From a virus, in the IMG/VR virus record IMGVR_UViG_3300031521_000042, positions 11,883 through 75,882 of that record: a stretch of DNA of 64,000 nt. One strand, 5' to 3'. Below, piece after piece: positions 47,048-56,258 of this stretch. The translations under genes were made by a program, and so were the position numbers. The notes beneath the pieces were generated by a model. It was not told the DNA's origin and made no database searches. It saw only the letters and a list, made by a program, of their open reading frames with translations. Each line of letters starts with the position of its first letter. The first letter of the stretch is position 1.

Positions 47048-49042
47048 ATGGCAAATGGTAGTGATATGACTTTATCGGCTAAACTAGAAGTCAAAGACTC
47101 TTTTACCAGTCAGTTGAACAAATTTAAGAATGCATTAAATAATACCGAGAATGCATTTACAAAATTTGTTAATAAAATAGATCAATCAAGCCAAAAAATG
47201 GAGAAAACTCTTGATAATATTAACAAAAAGATGGAACAAACATCTAATAAGATAATATCTCAAGGTGACAAAGTTGCTAATTCTATAATTAAATCATCTG
47301 ATAAAGTAGAACAAAGACAAAATAAAGTAACAGAAGATTTATTAAAAAAATATACAAAAATGGGTGGAGATATTCAAACTATTTTTAAAAATGTTCAAAA
47401 GGAAGCTGACCAATTAAATAAAACAGGAGTAAAAGTAAATTTTAATGGTGGTTCTAATAAATTAAATAATGGTAGTGGTAGTAATGGAATTTTAGGTGAT
47501 TCTAAATCTGAAAGTTTTTTAACTGCATTAATAGGTGGAAACTTTACAAGAATGTTAGGTACTCTAGGAATAATAGGTGGTGCTATTACAGGTGCTACTA
47601 AAATTTTAACAACTTTAGATGGATGGGCACAACAAGGATTTAATGCTATTAATACTTTATCAACTGGATTATTAAGTGTTAATGGTTTAAAGGATGCTGT
47701 AAATACTTCTAGTGAATTTGAAACAAATAGAGTTGCTTTAGATACACTTTATGGTAATAATAAACAAAAAGGTCAAGAATATTATCAAATAGGAACAAAA
47801 TTAGCGAAAGAAACACCATATTCAGAGTCGGATGTTGGAGCTTTGCAAAAGAAATTAGCAGGTTCAGGCGTCGAATACAAGTCTCAAGATTTAATGACAA
47901 TCCTCGATATGGCATCTGTAAAACCTGAACTTGGTGCAGAACATGCTGGATTTAGTATAATTGATGCAATGTTCGGACGTACAACTTCATTAAAAACAAA
48001 TTATATGATTGATAGTAAAGAAATGCAAAAGTATTTAAAAAAATTAAGTAAGGGTAATTCTAATGATAAAGCTAATGCTAAAAGTTGGAAGGATGCTTTT
48101 AATGCTAAAGGAAGTGTTAATAATAAACAAGAATATTTTGATTTATTGATTGACTATGTGCAAAAAGAAACATCATTTAATGGATTAACAGAAAAATATT
48201 CTCGTACTATGTCAGGTATGATGGACAGGCTATCAGGTAACTGGGAAACTTTAAGAGCTGATTTATTAGGTATAGATGCTAATAACACAGGTATGGTTAA
48301 ACCAGGAAAAATAACTGTATTTAGTGCCTTAGAAGATGGAATGAAAAATATAGAAAAATGGCTTAGTGATGATAGTACAAAAGTTCTATTAGATGATGTA
48401 GGAGAAGGTTTAGGAAAGGCAATAAATGCAATATCAAACTCATTGAGTAATTTTTTGAAAAAGGTTGATTGGGACAAAGTTGGAAAAGTATTTGAAAAAA
48501 TTGGAGACTCTATTGCGAAACTTATAGATAAAATAACCTCAAGTCCTGAATTTATGAAACTTATAGATGATTTACCTACTCTTATTGATAAAACACTTAA
48601 TAATAAAGTTGTAGATACAACTACTGATATCAAAACGGGAACTGATTTAGCAAATGGTGATGTTGTTGGAGCAGGAATAGATTTAGTAAAAGGTAAAACA
48701 GATAAATGGTATAACCTTATTGGAAGTAATTCGGGAGAAGAAGGGGCTGATACAGAATCTTGGAGTAATAAATTAGTATATACCCTTCAAGGAGTCGCTG
48801 GAACACAAAGTTATAACAAAGCGGCACATTCAGCAGATGATTATTTCTTTTTAACAGATGCAAACGCAAGTACAGTTTTATCAAATAATCCTACTTTAAA
48901 TGATAATCAAAGAGAACAAATTCAAGATATGATGAAAAAAGATAATACACCAACATATAACGTAACGATAGGTACAATACAAGCGAATAGCTTTGATGAA
49001 ATAGTATCTTCTTTGCAAAAATATCAAACTAATAAAAAATAA
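47048..49042 (+). CDS. Tape measure protein
   Basis: LSAKLEVKDSFT start, helical Ala/Gly-rich body, tape-measure motif FET....L..L......AKETPY; upstream of the LysM baseplate gene. Confidence 0.8.
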   Translation: MANGSDMTLSAKLEVKDSFTSQLNKFKNALNNTENAFTKFVNKIDQSSQKMEKTLDNINKKMEQTSNKIISQGDKVANSIIKSSDKVEQRQNKVTEDLLKKYTKMGGDIQTIFKNVQKEADQLNKTGVKVNFNGGSNKLNNGSGSNGILGDSKSESFLTALIGGNFTRMLGTLGIIGGAITGATKILTTLDGWAQQGFNAINTLSTGLLSVNGLKDAVNTSSEFETNRVALDTLYGNNKQKGQEYYQIGTKLAKETPYSESDVGALQKKLAGSGVEYKSQDLMTILDMASVKPELGAEHAGFSIIDAMFGRTTSLKTNYMIDSKEMQKYLKKLSKGNSNDKANAKSWKDAFNAKGSVNNKQEYFDLLIDYVQKETSFNGLTEKYSRTMSGMMDRLSGNWETLRADLLGIDANNTGMVKPGKITVFSALEDGMKNIEKWLSDDSTKVLLDDVGEGLGKAINAISNSLSNFLKKVDWDKVGKVFEKIGDSIAKLIDKITSSPEFMKLIDDLPTLIDKTLNNKVVDTTTDIKTGTDLANGDVVGAGIDLVKGKTDKWYNLIGSNSGEEGADTESWSNKLVYTLQGVAGTQSYNKAAHSADDYFFLTDANASTVLSNNPTLNDNQREQIQDMMKKDNTPTYNVTIGTIQANSFDEIVSSLQKYQTNKK

Positions 49043-49060
49043 TGGAGGGGGGTATTCTAT

Positions 49061-49783
49061 GTGGCAGATATAAAAGAAAGTATAAGTAATTCAGCCAAAG
49101 GCAGTATAAATAATTCTAAAGCACAAACACCTATAGAATCTAGTTCTCAAATTGCATTATATCCACTTAATGGTGGTTCTTATGGTGGCAGTGATACAAT
49201 AGTGTTACCTGTAACTCCTTCAGATTTAATGTTTACTGAGGATAGTTCTAGTGAGACAATAAAACTCATAAATTATGGTGAACTACCCGTTGGAATGAAC
49301 CGTAAGTTAGCAACATGGAGTGTTGATAGTTTTTTTCCACATAGATCTACATCAGCAAATAATTTAAATAATAATTTTAAATATTGGTTTGATATAAGCA
49401 ATGGAACAGAAGACCCATATTCATATTACTGTAATACATTGTTGAGCTGGAAGAATAATAAGACTCCATTAGTATTTATGTTTGAAACATGGAATGGTTA
49501 TTATAATTGTCAAATAAAAAAATTCACATATGGAAGAAAAGATGCTATAGGTAATGTTTATTATCAATTAGAATTTCAAGAGTATAAAAAATATACTTTA
49601 TCAACCGATACAATTGTTACAACGGATTACAGTTCAGATACATACTATCCATCAGAAGGAGAAAACATTCTTCAAATATGTAAAAAGTTATATGGTTCAA
49701 GTGACTACTATGTATATTTTATGAATTTAAATAATATGACAACAACAGAAATAACGGCAGGAAAATCTTACAAAGTTAGATAA
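49061..49783 (+). CDS. XkdP-like tail tube initiator with LysM
   Basis: LPVTPS, SFFP, YYQLEFQEY; C-terminal LysM-like GENILQICKKLYG. Confidence 0.8.
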   Translation: MADIKESISNSAKGSINNSKAQTPIESSSQIALYPLNGGSYGGSDTIVLPVTPSDLMFTEDSSSETIKLINYGELPVGMNRKLATWSVDSFFPHRSTSANNLNNNFKYWFDISNGTEDPYSYYCNTLLSWKNNKTPLVFMFETWNGYYNCQIKKFTYGRKDAIGNVYYQLEFQEYKKYTLSTDTIVTTDYSSDTYYPSEGENILQICKKLYGSSDYYVYFMNLNNMTTTEITAGKSYKVR

Positions 49784-49809
49784 ATTAAAAATAATGGAGG
49801 TGATAAGTT

Positions 49810-50601
49810 TTGGCGTTAGGAACAAATAATGTTATAGTATATGTTTATAATTTAGATGGAACATATAAAGATGTTACTGATTTAATTAGTAGTATGAAAG
49901 AAAGTTGTAGTTTAGATAAAATAAGTAAGCAACTAGATGTTACAATGGCATATGGAGTTTATAGTGAAGCTTTACCAAGTCTTTTTTTTCAAACGGGACA
50001 AAAGATAGAAGTTTACATCAATAATTCATGTTATTATAGGGGAAAAATTGAAACAGTTACATTATCTGTTGATAAAGAGACGATATCAATAACGTGCTAC
50101 GATTATATTAGAAATTTAACAAAATCTAAAGTAGTATATAATTTTTCTGAAATTAGTGCTTTTGATGCAATAAAAAAGATTTTTACAGATTTAGAAATTC
50201 CTTATTCAGAAGATGGAATATTAGGTGGGAGTTCAGGTGAGGGTTCAAAAATTACTATAAATCATTTAATACGAAATAAGTCAGGGTATGATGCTTGTGA
50301 AATGATTGCTACTGAAGTTCATAGAAATTATGGAACATTTTATTATATGTATATGGATGTAGGAGGAAATGTAAACTTAATGGAATGTGATAGGTATTGG
50401 TCTAAACAGACTATACAACCAGTTACTAACCCAAGTTTATCTAATCCTGACGGAAATATAATATCTTTTACATATAAACAAGATGCATCAGACTTAGTAA
50501 CTAAAGTTGCAGTTTTTGATAGTAAAGGAAATGCTGTAGATATTGCTACTGGGATAGCTACAAATTCAAGCGATGATAGTGCTGATGATGGGGGTGAATG
50601 A
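49810..50601 (+). CDS. Baseplate hub, N-terminal part (XkdQ-like)
   Basis: XkdQ motifs YRGKI, CYDYIRNL.KS and LVTKV. Confidence 0.75.
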   Translation: MALGTNNVIVYVYNLDGTYKDVTDLISSMKESCSLDKISKQLDVTMAYGVYSEALPSLFFQTGQKIEVYINNSCYYRGKIETVTLSVDKETISITCYDYIRNLTKSKVVYNFSEISAFDAIKKIFTDLEIPYSEDGILGGSSGEGSKITINHLIRNKSGYDACEMIATEVHRNYGTFYYMYMDVGGNVNLMECDRYWSKQTIQPVTNPSLSNPDGNIISFTYKQDASDLVTKVAVFDSKGNAVDIATGIATNSSDDSADDGGE

Positions 50602-52058
50602 TAATGGCATTTACTATAGGAACTAATGTATCCGATGGAATAGATATTACCTCAGCAAAAAAAGCAGTTGAAGATTATTTAAAAATGGACAACTTAACAA
50701 GTAAAGATTCAAGTGGAAATGTTACTGAAGAAGCTGAAACTGTTAATAATTATGTTACCGCTAAAAAATCAACATTAGATACATATGGAATAAGACAAGA
50801 AATAATAACTCAAAATACCCATGAGGATGCTAAAGTTACTGCTTTAAGAAAATTAAATGACAATTGTATTGCAAAAGAAGAAATTGAAGTTGAATGTATT
50901 GGTGATACAATGTATAAAGTTGGGCATGGAGTTCATGTAATACTACCATTTTTACCTAAGTATTCAAATTGCAATATGTATATAAAAGAAGTTTCAAATG
51001 AATGGAAAGATAATGGCATTTTTATATCTACTTTAACATTAACACCATCGAGAGTTATGGATGAACAAGAATGGGAAGATTTAGACCAAGATAGTAATAA
51101 TAGTACATCTAGTAGCAATACTGCTAAAAAGATTATAGCATTATTAACTCAACAAATAGGGAAACCTTATGTTTATGGAGCTACTGGAACAGATTCATTT
51201 GATTGTTCTGGATTAACATATTATTGTTATAATCAATTTAGTGATGAATTAATTGATGGTAAACCATTAGGACGTACTACATATGAACAAGTTAAACAAG
51301 GAACGAAAGTTGATGCAAATGATACTAAATCATGGAATGCAGGAGATTTAGTATTTCCAAATGATGGTCATGTTGTTGTTTATTTGGGAGATAATAAAGT
51401 TATTCATGCACCACAAACTGGCGATGTTATAAAGATATCAGACTTATATTGGTTAAATTATTCTAGTACATATGCAGTTAGAAGAGTTATTCCAGAAGAT
51501 ACAGCTAGTGAATCTTCATCAAGTGGGTATGGTGGAATACCAGATGATTATGCTAGTCATTTAACATATGTAGAAAGCAATTGTAGTACATTTATATCTA
51601 ATATGAAGAAATATGGATTTAAAGATTCTATAGTGAGTATATCAAAAAGTAAAAATGTTGATCCTTATATCACTGCGTCTATTATTGCTATAGAATCAGA
51701 AGGAAATCCTGCTTGTGGTAGTACGTATTATGGATTAATGCAAGTTGCAGGTGGTTCATCAGATGCAAAAACTAATATTGGACAAGGCTTAGATGTATAT
51801 AATAATAAAAAGATGGTAGTTGGGCAACAAATACATGTTTTATTAAGTGCATATAATTCTGGTGAAGGAACTGTAAAAAGTGCTTCTGCATCATCAAGTA
51901 TAAACTTATCTAACTGTAGTGTTAAACAATTAGGTGATGCATTATATGATTATGTTAAGAGTCATTATTCAAACTGGGATGCAGACGAAAAGAAATATTA
52001 TTCTTCAAAAGTATTAAAAGCTTATAGTATATTAAAAGGTAAAAATGCATTGAATTAA
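50598..52058 (+). CDS. Baseplate hub C-terminal part fused to NlpC/P60 peptidase and SLT-like lysozyme domains
   Basis: YGIRQ..ECIGD (XkdQ C-terminus); IGKPYVYGATGTDSFDCSGL..HV...IHAP (NlpC/P60); IIAIESEG..GLMQV..AYNSG (SLT). Confidence 0.85.
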   Translation: MIMAFTIGTNVSDGIDITSAKKAVEDYLKMDNLTSKDSSGNVTEEAETVNNYVTAKKSTLDTYGIRQEIITQNTHEDAKVTALRKLNDNCIAKEEIEVECIGDTMYKVGHGVHVILPFLPKYSNCNMYIKEVSNEWKDNGIFISTLTLTPSRVMDEQEWEDLDQDSNNSTSSSNTAKKIIALLTQQIGKPYVYGATGTDSFDCSGLTYYCYNQFSDELIDGKPLGRTTYEQVKQGTKVDANDTKSWNAGDLVFPNDGHVVVYLGDNKVIHAPQTGDVIKISDLYWLNYSSTYAVRRVIPEDTASESSSSGYGGIPDDYASHLTYVESNCSTFISNMKKYGFKDSIVSISKSKNVDPYITASIIAIESEGNPACGSTYYGLMQVAGGSSDAKTNIGQGLDVYNNKKMVVGQQIHVLLSAYNSGEGTVKSASASSSINLSNCSVKQLGDALYDYVKSHYSNWDADEKKYYSSKVLKAYSILKGKNALN

Positions 52059-52068
52059 ATAAAATAAA

Positions 52069-52440
52069 ATGTATCAAACGAGGTGTACACAAATGGATAT
52101 AAATAATAGATCTTTGAAAAGATTTTTTGATGTTATAAATTCTGAACAAAAGGATAATACAATAGATGAACCTATGGAGATAGGTATTGTTACAAATTTA
52201 AGTCCTTTAACTATTGAAGTTGGAGGACTTCCTTTATATGAAAGCAACCTATATATAAACAAATATCTATTAGCTTGGGATGAAAATGTAACAATCATTT
52301 ATGGTGATAATACTAGTCAATCTATCATTCATCATCCAAGTAAATTTGAAGTTGGTTATTATGTTGGATTATATGGACTAGAATGGAATGAAGCAGGGAA
52401 AACATATCAGAAATATCATGTAATTGATATAATAAATTAA
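52069..52440 (+). CDS. XkdR/DUF2577-like baseplate spike-associated protein
   Basis: EIGIVTNLSPLTIEV motif; position in the baseplate cluster. Confidence 0.7.
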   Translation: MYQTRCTQMDINNRSLKRFFDVINSEQKDNTIDEPMEIGIVTNLSPLTIEVGGLPLYESNLYINKYLLAWDENVTIIYGDNTSQSIIHHPSKFEVGYYVGLYGLEWNEAGKTYQKYHVIDIIN

Positions 52441-52456
52441 AAAGGAGAGTGAAAAA

Positions 52457-52903
52457 ATGAGTTTACTTCCTTCAGATTTTTATAATGGAACAGTAGCAAT
52501 TACATCATCTAGCAATTCAAGTACAATTGCTGAATTAGTAGATTATGTAATTGATTTAAATACTGGATATTTAGTAGTAAGCGACTCTGGTCAATTTATA
52601 TTATGTACGGGATTAAGAGCGGTAATAATGCAAATGTGGAGAAAGCTACATATTATGAAAGGTGAGTTTTTAATATATAGTTCAAGTTATGGGAATACTT
52701 TTTCAGAATTAATCGGAAAAGGAAAGTCTTATGCAGATAGTTACATTTATAATAAATTAACTGATGTAATTGTAGATAAAATATATGTTAAATCAATAAG
52801 TAATCTTACCACATCACTAACAAATGATAAGTATATTGTCTCCTTTACTGCCAACACAATATATGGAGATACATCTGAAGTATTAGATATTGACTTAGAA
52901 TAG
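52457..52903 (+). CDS. XkdS/DUF2634-like baseplate protein
   Basis: IYSSSYG...ELIGK, FTANTIYG. Confidence 0.8.
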   Translation: MSLLPSDFYNGTVAITSSSNSSTIAELVDYVIDLNTGYLVVSDSGQFILCTGLRAVIMQMWRKLHIMKGEFLIYSSSYGNTFSELIGKGKSYADSYIYNKLTDVIVDKIYVKSISNLTTSLTNDKYIVSFTANTIYGDTSEVLDIDLE

Positions 52904-52931
52904 TAAATAAATTATAAAAGAAAAGAGGTGA

Positions 52932-53999
52932 TTGATAGTGAGTTATTATCAAAGTGCAGAAGACATATATAATCAAATGAAAGTTAATGTTACAAATGTA
53001 GATACTAGTGAGAATTCATATATATATAATTCTCTAATGCCGTCAGCGATGGAAAATGCATATTGTTTATTAAGTTTAGATGATATGGAAAATAAGGTAT
53101 TTGCTAGTAAGTCTGTAACTTCTGGTTATTCTGAATATTTAGATTTAAGAGTTAGTGAAGTTGGTATAACTAGAAAAACTGCAACTTATGCTATTGTACC
53201 TGTGATTTTTACAGGGAAAGTTGGAACTGTTATTAGTAAAGGTTCTATTGTTTCTACAAATGACAATAGATTATATACAACTACGACTGATGTTATAATT
53301 GGAACTAATGGAACTATAGAATGTAATGTTATAGCAAATGCAAGTGGTAGTAATTATAACGCAAATGCAAATGATATATCTTATTTACCAGTTAAGTATA
53401 CAGGTATTACTAGTGTTACTAATGTAAATTCTTATACAAGTGCTTATGATAAAGAATCTGACGCAACATTATATGCAAGATATCTTGTACAAGTTCAAAA
53501 TGGTGGTGTGCGAGGCAATAAAACAGATTACGAAACCCTAGCTTTGTCGGTAACGGGAGTTGGTACTGCTAGTTGTATTCCTACATGGAATGGTGGTGGA
53601 ACTGTAAAAGTTGTTATATCTAATAGTAATAAAAGAGCATGTGACCAAACATTAATTGATAGTGTTTATACTTATATAACAAATAATGTAAATATGGGAT
53701 TGACGTTAACGGTAGCTTCTATAGAAGAAGTTGCTTTAAATATAAGTTTTACATTAATATATAATTCAACAAACTATACACTAGCAACGGTAGAAGCATC
53801 TATAAAAACTGCTATAACAGATTATTTATCTAGTTTAGATTTAAGTGTTACATCTATTAAATATAATAAAATATTATCTACAATAATGGACGTAAAAACG
53901 GTAATAGATATAAATAATTTGGCTATAAATGGAAATACATCAAATATTCCGTTAACTAATACTCAAATTGCAATACTTGGAAATATGACGATAAGTTAA
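52932..53999 (+). CDS. Baseplate J-like protein (XkdT)
   Basis: YLDLR..E.GITRK.AT, ESDATL..R, GNKTDY..A..V.GV, PTWNGGGTVKV. Confidence 0.9.
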   Translation: MIVSYYQSAEDIYNQMKVNVTNVDTSENSYIYNSLMPSAMENAYCLLSLDDMENKVFASKSVTSGYSEYLDLRVSEVGITRKTATYAIVPVIFTGKVGTVISKGSIVSTNDNRLYTTTTDVIIGTNGTIECNVIANASGSNYNANANDISYLPVKYTGITSVTNVNSYTSAYDKESDATLYARYLVQVQNGGVRGNKTDYETLALSVTGVGTASCIPTWNGGGTVKVVISNSNKRACDQTLIDSVYTYITNNVNMGLTLTVASIEEVALNISFTLIYNSTNYTLATVEASIKTAITDYLSSLDLSVTSIKYNKILSTIMDVKTVIDINNLAINGNTSNIPLTNTQIAILGNMTIS

Positions 54000-54028
54000 A
54001 AATTAAAGAAGGAGGGTAATTATGAAAT

Positions 54029-54688
54029 ATGAGTAATAATACAATAACAGAAAGTCAAATAAATGAGTATTCTATAGATTTAACAAAATATGTTCCTAAA
54101 ATTATTTCTAAAGATCCTATTACTTCAAAAGTTTTTTATGCTCAAGGTCGTCAGATAAGTACAATTAATTATTACATACAGGATTTGATTAATCAGTGTT
54201 TTATTTCAACAGCCACATGGTCGTTAGATATTTGGGAATCTGAATATGGAATCCAAACAGACTCTACTTTATCTTATGAAAATAGGAGACAAACAATATT
54301 AGCAAAAAAACGTGGATTTGGTACAGTTAATGAGGCTAAAATCAAAAGTATTGCCGAGGCATATAATTGTGACTGTGAAGTAATTCCACATTGGGATGAA
54401 TATTATTTCATTATAAAATTTATAGGTTTAGGAGTTCCTTCAAATTTGGATATTTTTAAACAAATTATAGAACAAATTAAACCAGCACATTTAAATGTTG
54501 AATATCAATTTACTTATGAACAATGGAATGAAGTTTTGGATGGATATACTTGGCAAAATATTTTAGATAGTGGGTACACATGGGATGACGTATTGAATAA
54601 ACCACTTAGAACTAGCAACCAAATAATGTATTCTTTAAATTCAGATGGAAATACATATAGTGAAATAAAATATGAAATAGTAGAATAA
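54029..54688 (+). CDS. XkdU/YmfQ (DUF2313)-like baseplate protein
   Basis: FISTATWSLDIWE..YG, RRQTILAK.RG.GT, IKPAHL. Confidence 0.85.
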   Translation: MSNNTITESQINEYSIDLTKYVPKIISKDPITSKVFYAQGRQISTINYYIQDLINQCFISTATWSLDIWESEYGIQTDSTLSYENRRQTILAKKRGFGTVNEAKIKSIAEAYNCDCEVIPHWDEYYFIIKFIGLGVPSNLDIFKQIIEQIKPAHLNVEYQFTYEQWNEVLDGYTWQNILDSGYTWDDVLNKPLRTSNQIMYSLNSDGNTYSEIKYEIVE

Positions 54689-54704
54689 ATCAAAATAGGA
54701 GTGA

Positions 54705-54905
54705 TTGAAAATGAACGACCATAGAAAAACTAAATTTGACAAAGAATATTCTACTCAATGGAATGCAGAAAGAGATTATCTTGAAAAACAAGGTATCAAT
54801 TATAAATTTGTTAAAGAAATAAATGGAATATCAACATATAAGTATGTTAAGAACTCAGAGTTATTTAAGGCTTTGAGTTCTTTTTATATGGAATTAAATA
54901 TGTAA
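54705..54905 (+). CDS. Small DUF5659-like protein
   Basis: EYSTQWNAERDYLEKQGINYKFVK..TYKYVKNSELFKALSSFY. Confidence 0.65.
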   Translation: MKMNDHRKTKFDKEYSTQWNAERDYLEKQGINYKFVKEINGISTYKYVKNSELFKALSSFYMELNM

Positions 54906-54945
54906 TTAAAACAAATTGAATGATTGAAAGGAAAGTGATTATATA

Positions 54946-56217
54946 ATGAAACAAAAAGAAATTAAATTGAAATACGAAATCGGACAAAGGATTCAAGGTA
55001 ATAAGCGAAACATTACAATTACTAATATAAAAGTAATACAAGAAGAAAGAATAGATAAAAAAGGAAGAAAAAGTATAGCTAATTTAAAATATTATAAATA
55101 TACTTGTAATTTATGTAGTTTTGAATGTGGTAAGCATTGGAGTATTAAAAATAGAGAGTATAAGGATGAATATTGGATTAGAGAAGACCATTTAATTGGT
55201 GGTACATATTGTTCATGCTGTTCGCCTAATCCAAATATAGTAGTTCAAGGAATAAATGATATATTAATTACACATCCATATTTGGTTAAGTATTTTAAAA
55301 ATATTGAAGATGTGTATACTCATTCATATGCGAGTAATAAAGAGGTTTGGATGAAATGTCCTGATTGTGGCAATGAGAAAAAATCGAATATAGTGAATTT
55401 ATATAAACAGGGTTTTAATTGCAAAAAATGTTCTGATGAAATAAAATATCCGAATAAATTCGCTTTTAAGATGTTTGAAGAATTACGAATAGACTTTATA
55501 CCTGAATACTCACCTGATTGGATAGGACGAAAAAGATATGATTTTTATTTTGAACTAAATGATAAGCAATACATACTAGAAATGGATGGTGGATTTCATA
55601 ATAATGACAACAAAATGAGTGGACAAACTAAGGAAGAATCACAAGTTATAGATGATTATAAAGATGAAATGGCTAATAAACAGAATATTGAGGTTATTAG
55701 GATCGATTGTGATTATCCCAATATTGAAACTAGATTTAAATTTATTAAGAATAATATATTACAGAACGATAAATTAAATGAATTATTTGATTTAAGTCTA
55801 GTAGATTTTAATAAATGTAATGAATATTCATTATCTAATCTAATTAAAATTGCCTGTGAGTACAAAATGAATAATCCTAATATAACCACTACTGAAGTTG
55901 GTAAAATAATGGGATATCATCGTGATTCAATTAGAAATTGGTTAAAAATAGGAATGAAATTCGGATGGTGTTCTTACAATGCTGATGATGAAGCATTAAA
56001 AAATAGAAATATCAATCATTCAAAAAATAAAGAAAGATATTCTAAACCTATAGAAATATTTAAAAATGGAATATCTAAAGGAATATTTGAATCATCTAGT
56101 GAATTAGATAGAAAATCCGAAGAATTATTTGAAACTAAATTAGATTTTAGAAATATATCTGCCGTTTGTTTAGGCAAGTTAAAAATGTATAAAGGATATA
56201 CGTTTAAATTTGTATAA
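54946..56217 (+). CDS. Endonuclease with Zn ribbons, Vsr-like domain and NUMOD1-like tail
   Basis: CNLC..CSCC, CPDCG..CKKC; RYDFYF..ILEMDGGFH..VIRIDC; ISAVCLGK...YKGYTFKF. Confidence 0.7.
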   Translation: MKQKEIKLKYEIGQRIQGNKRNITITNIKVIQEERIDKKGRKSIANLKYYKYTCNLCSFECGKHWSIKNREYKDEYWIREDHLIGGTYCSCCSPNPNIVVQGINDILITHPYLVKYFKNIEDVYTHSYASNKEVWMKCPDCGNEKKSNIVNLYKQGFNCKKCSDEIKYPNKFAFKMFEELRIDFIPEYSPDWIGRKRYDFYFELNDKQYILEMDGGFHNNDNKMSGQTKEESQVIDDYKDEMANKQNIEVIRIDCDYPNIETRFKFIKNNILQNDKLNELFDLSLVDFNKCNEYSLSNLIKIACEYKMNNPNITTTEVGKIMGYHRDSIRNWLKIGMKFGWCSYNADDEALKNRNINHSKNKERYSKPIEIFKNGISKGIFESSSELDRKSEELFETKLDFRNISAVCLGKLKMYKGYTFKFV

Positions 56218-56258
56218 AATAGAATTTAAAGAAGAATAAATTATACAAAAGAAAGAAG

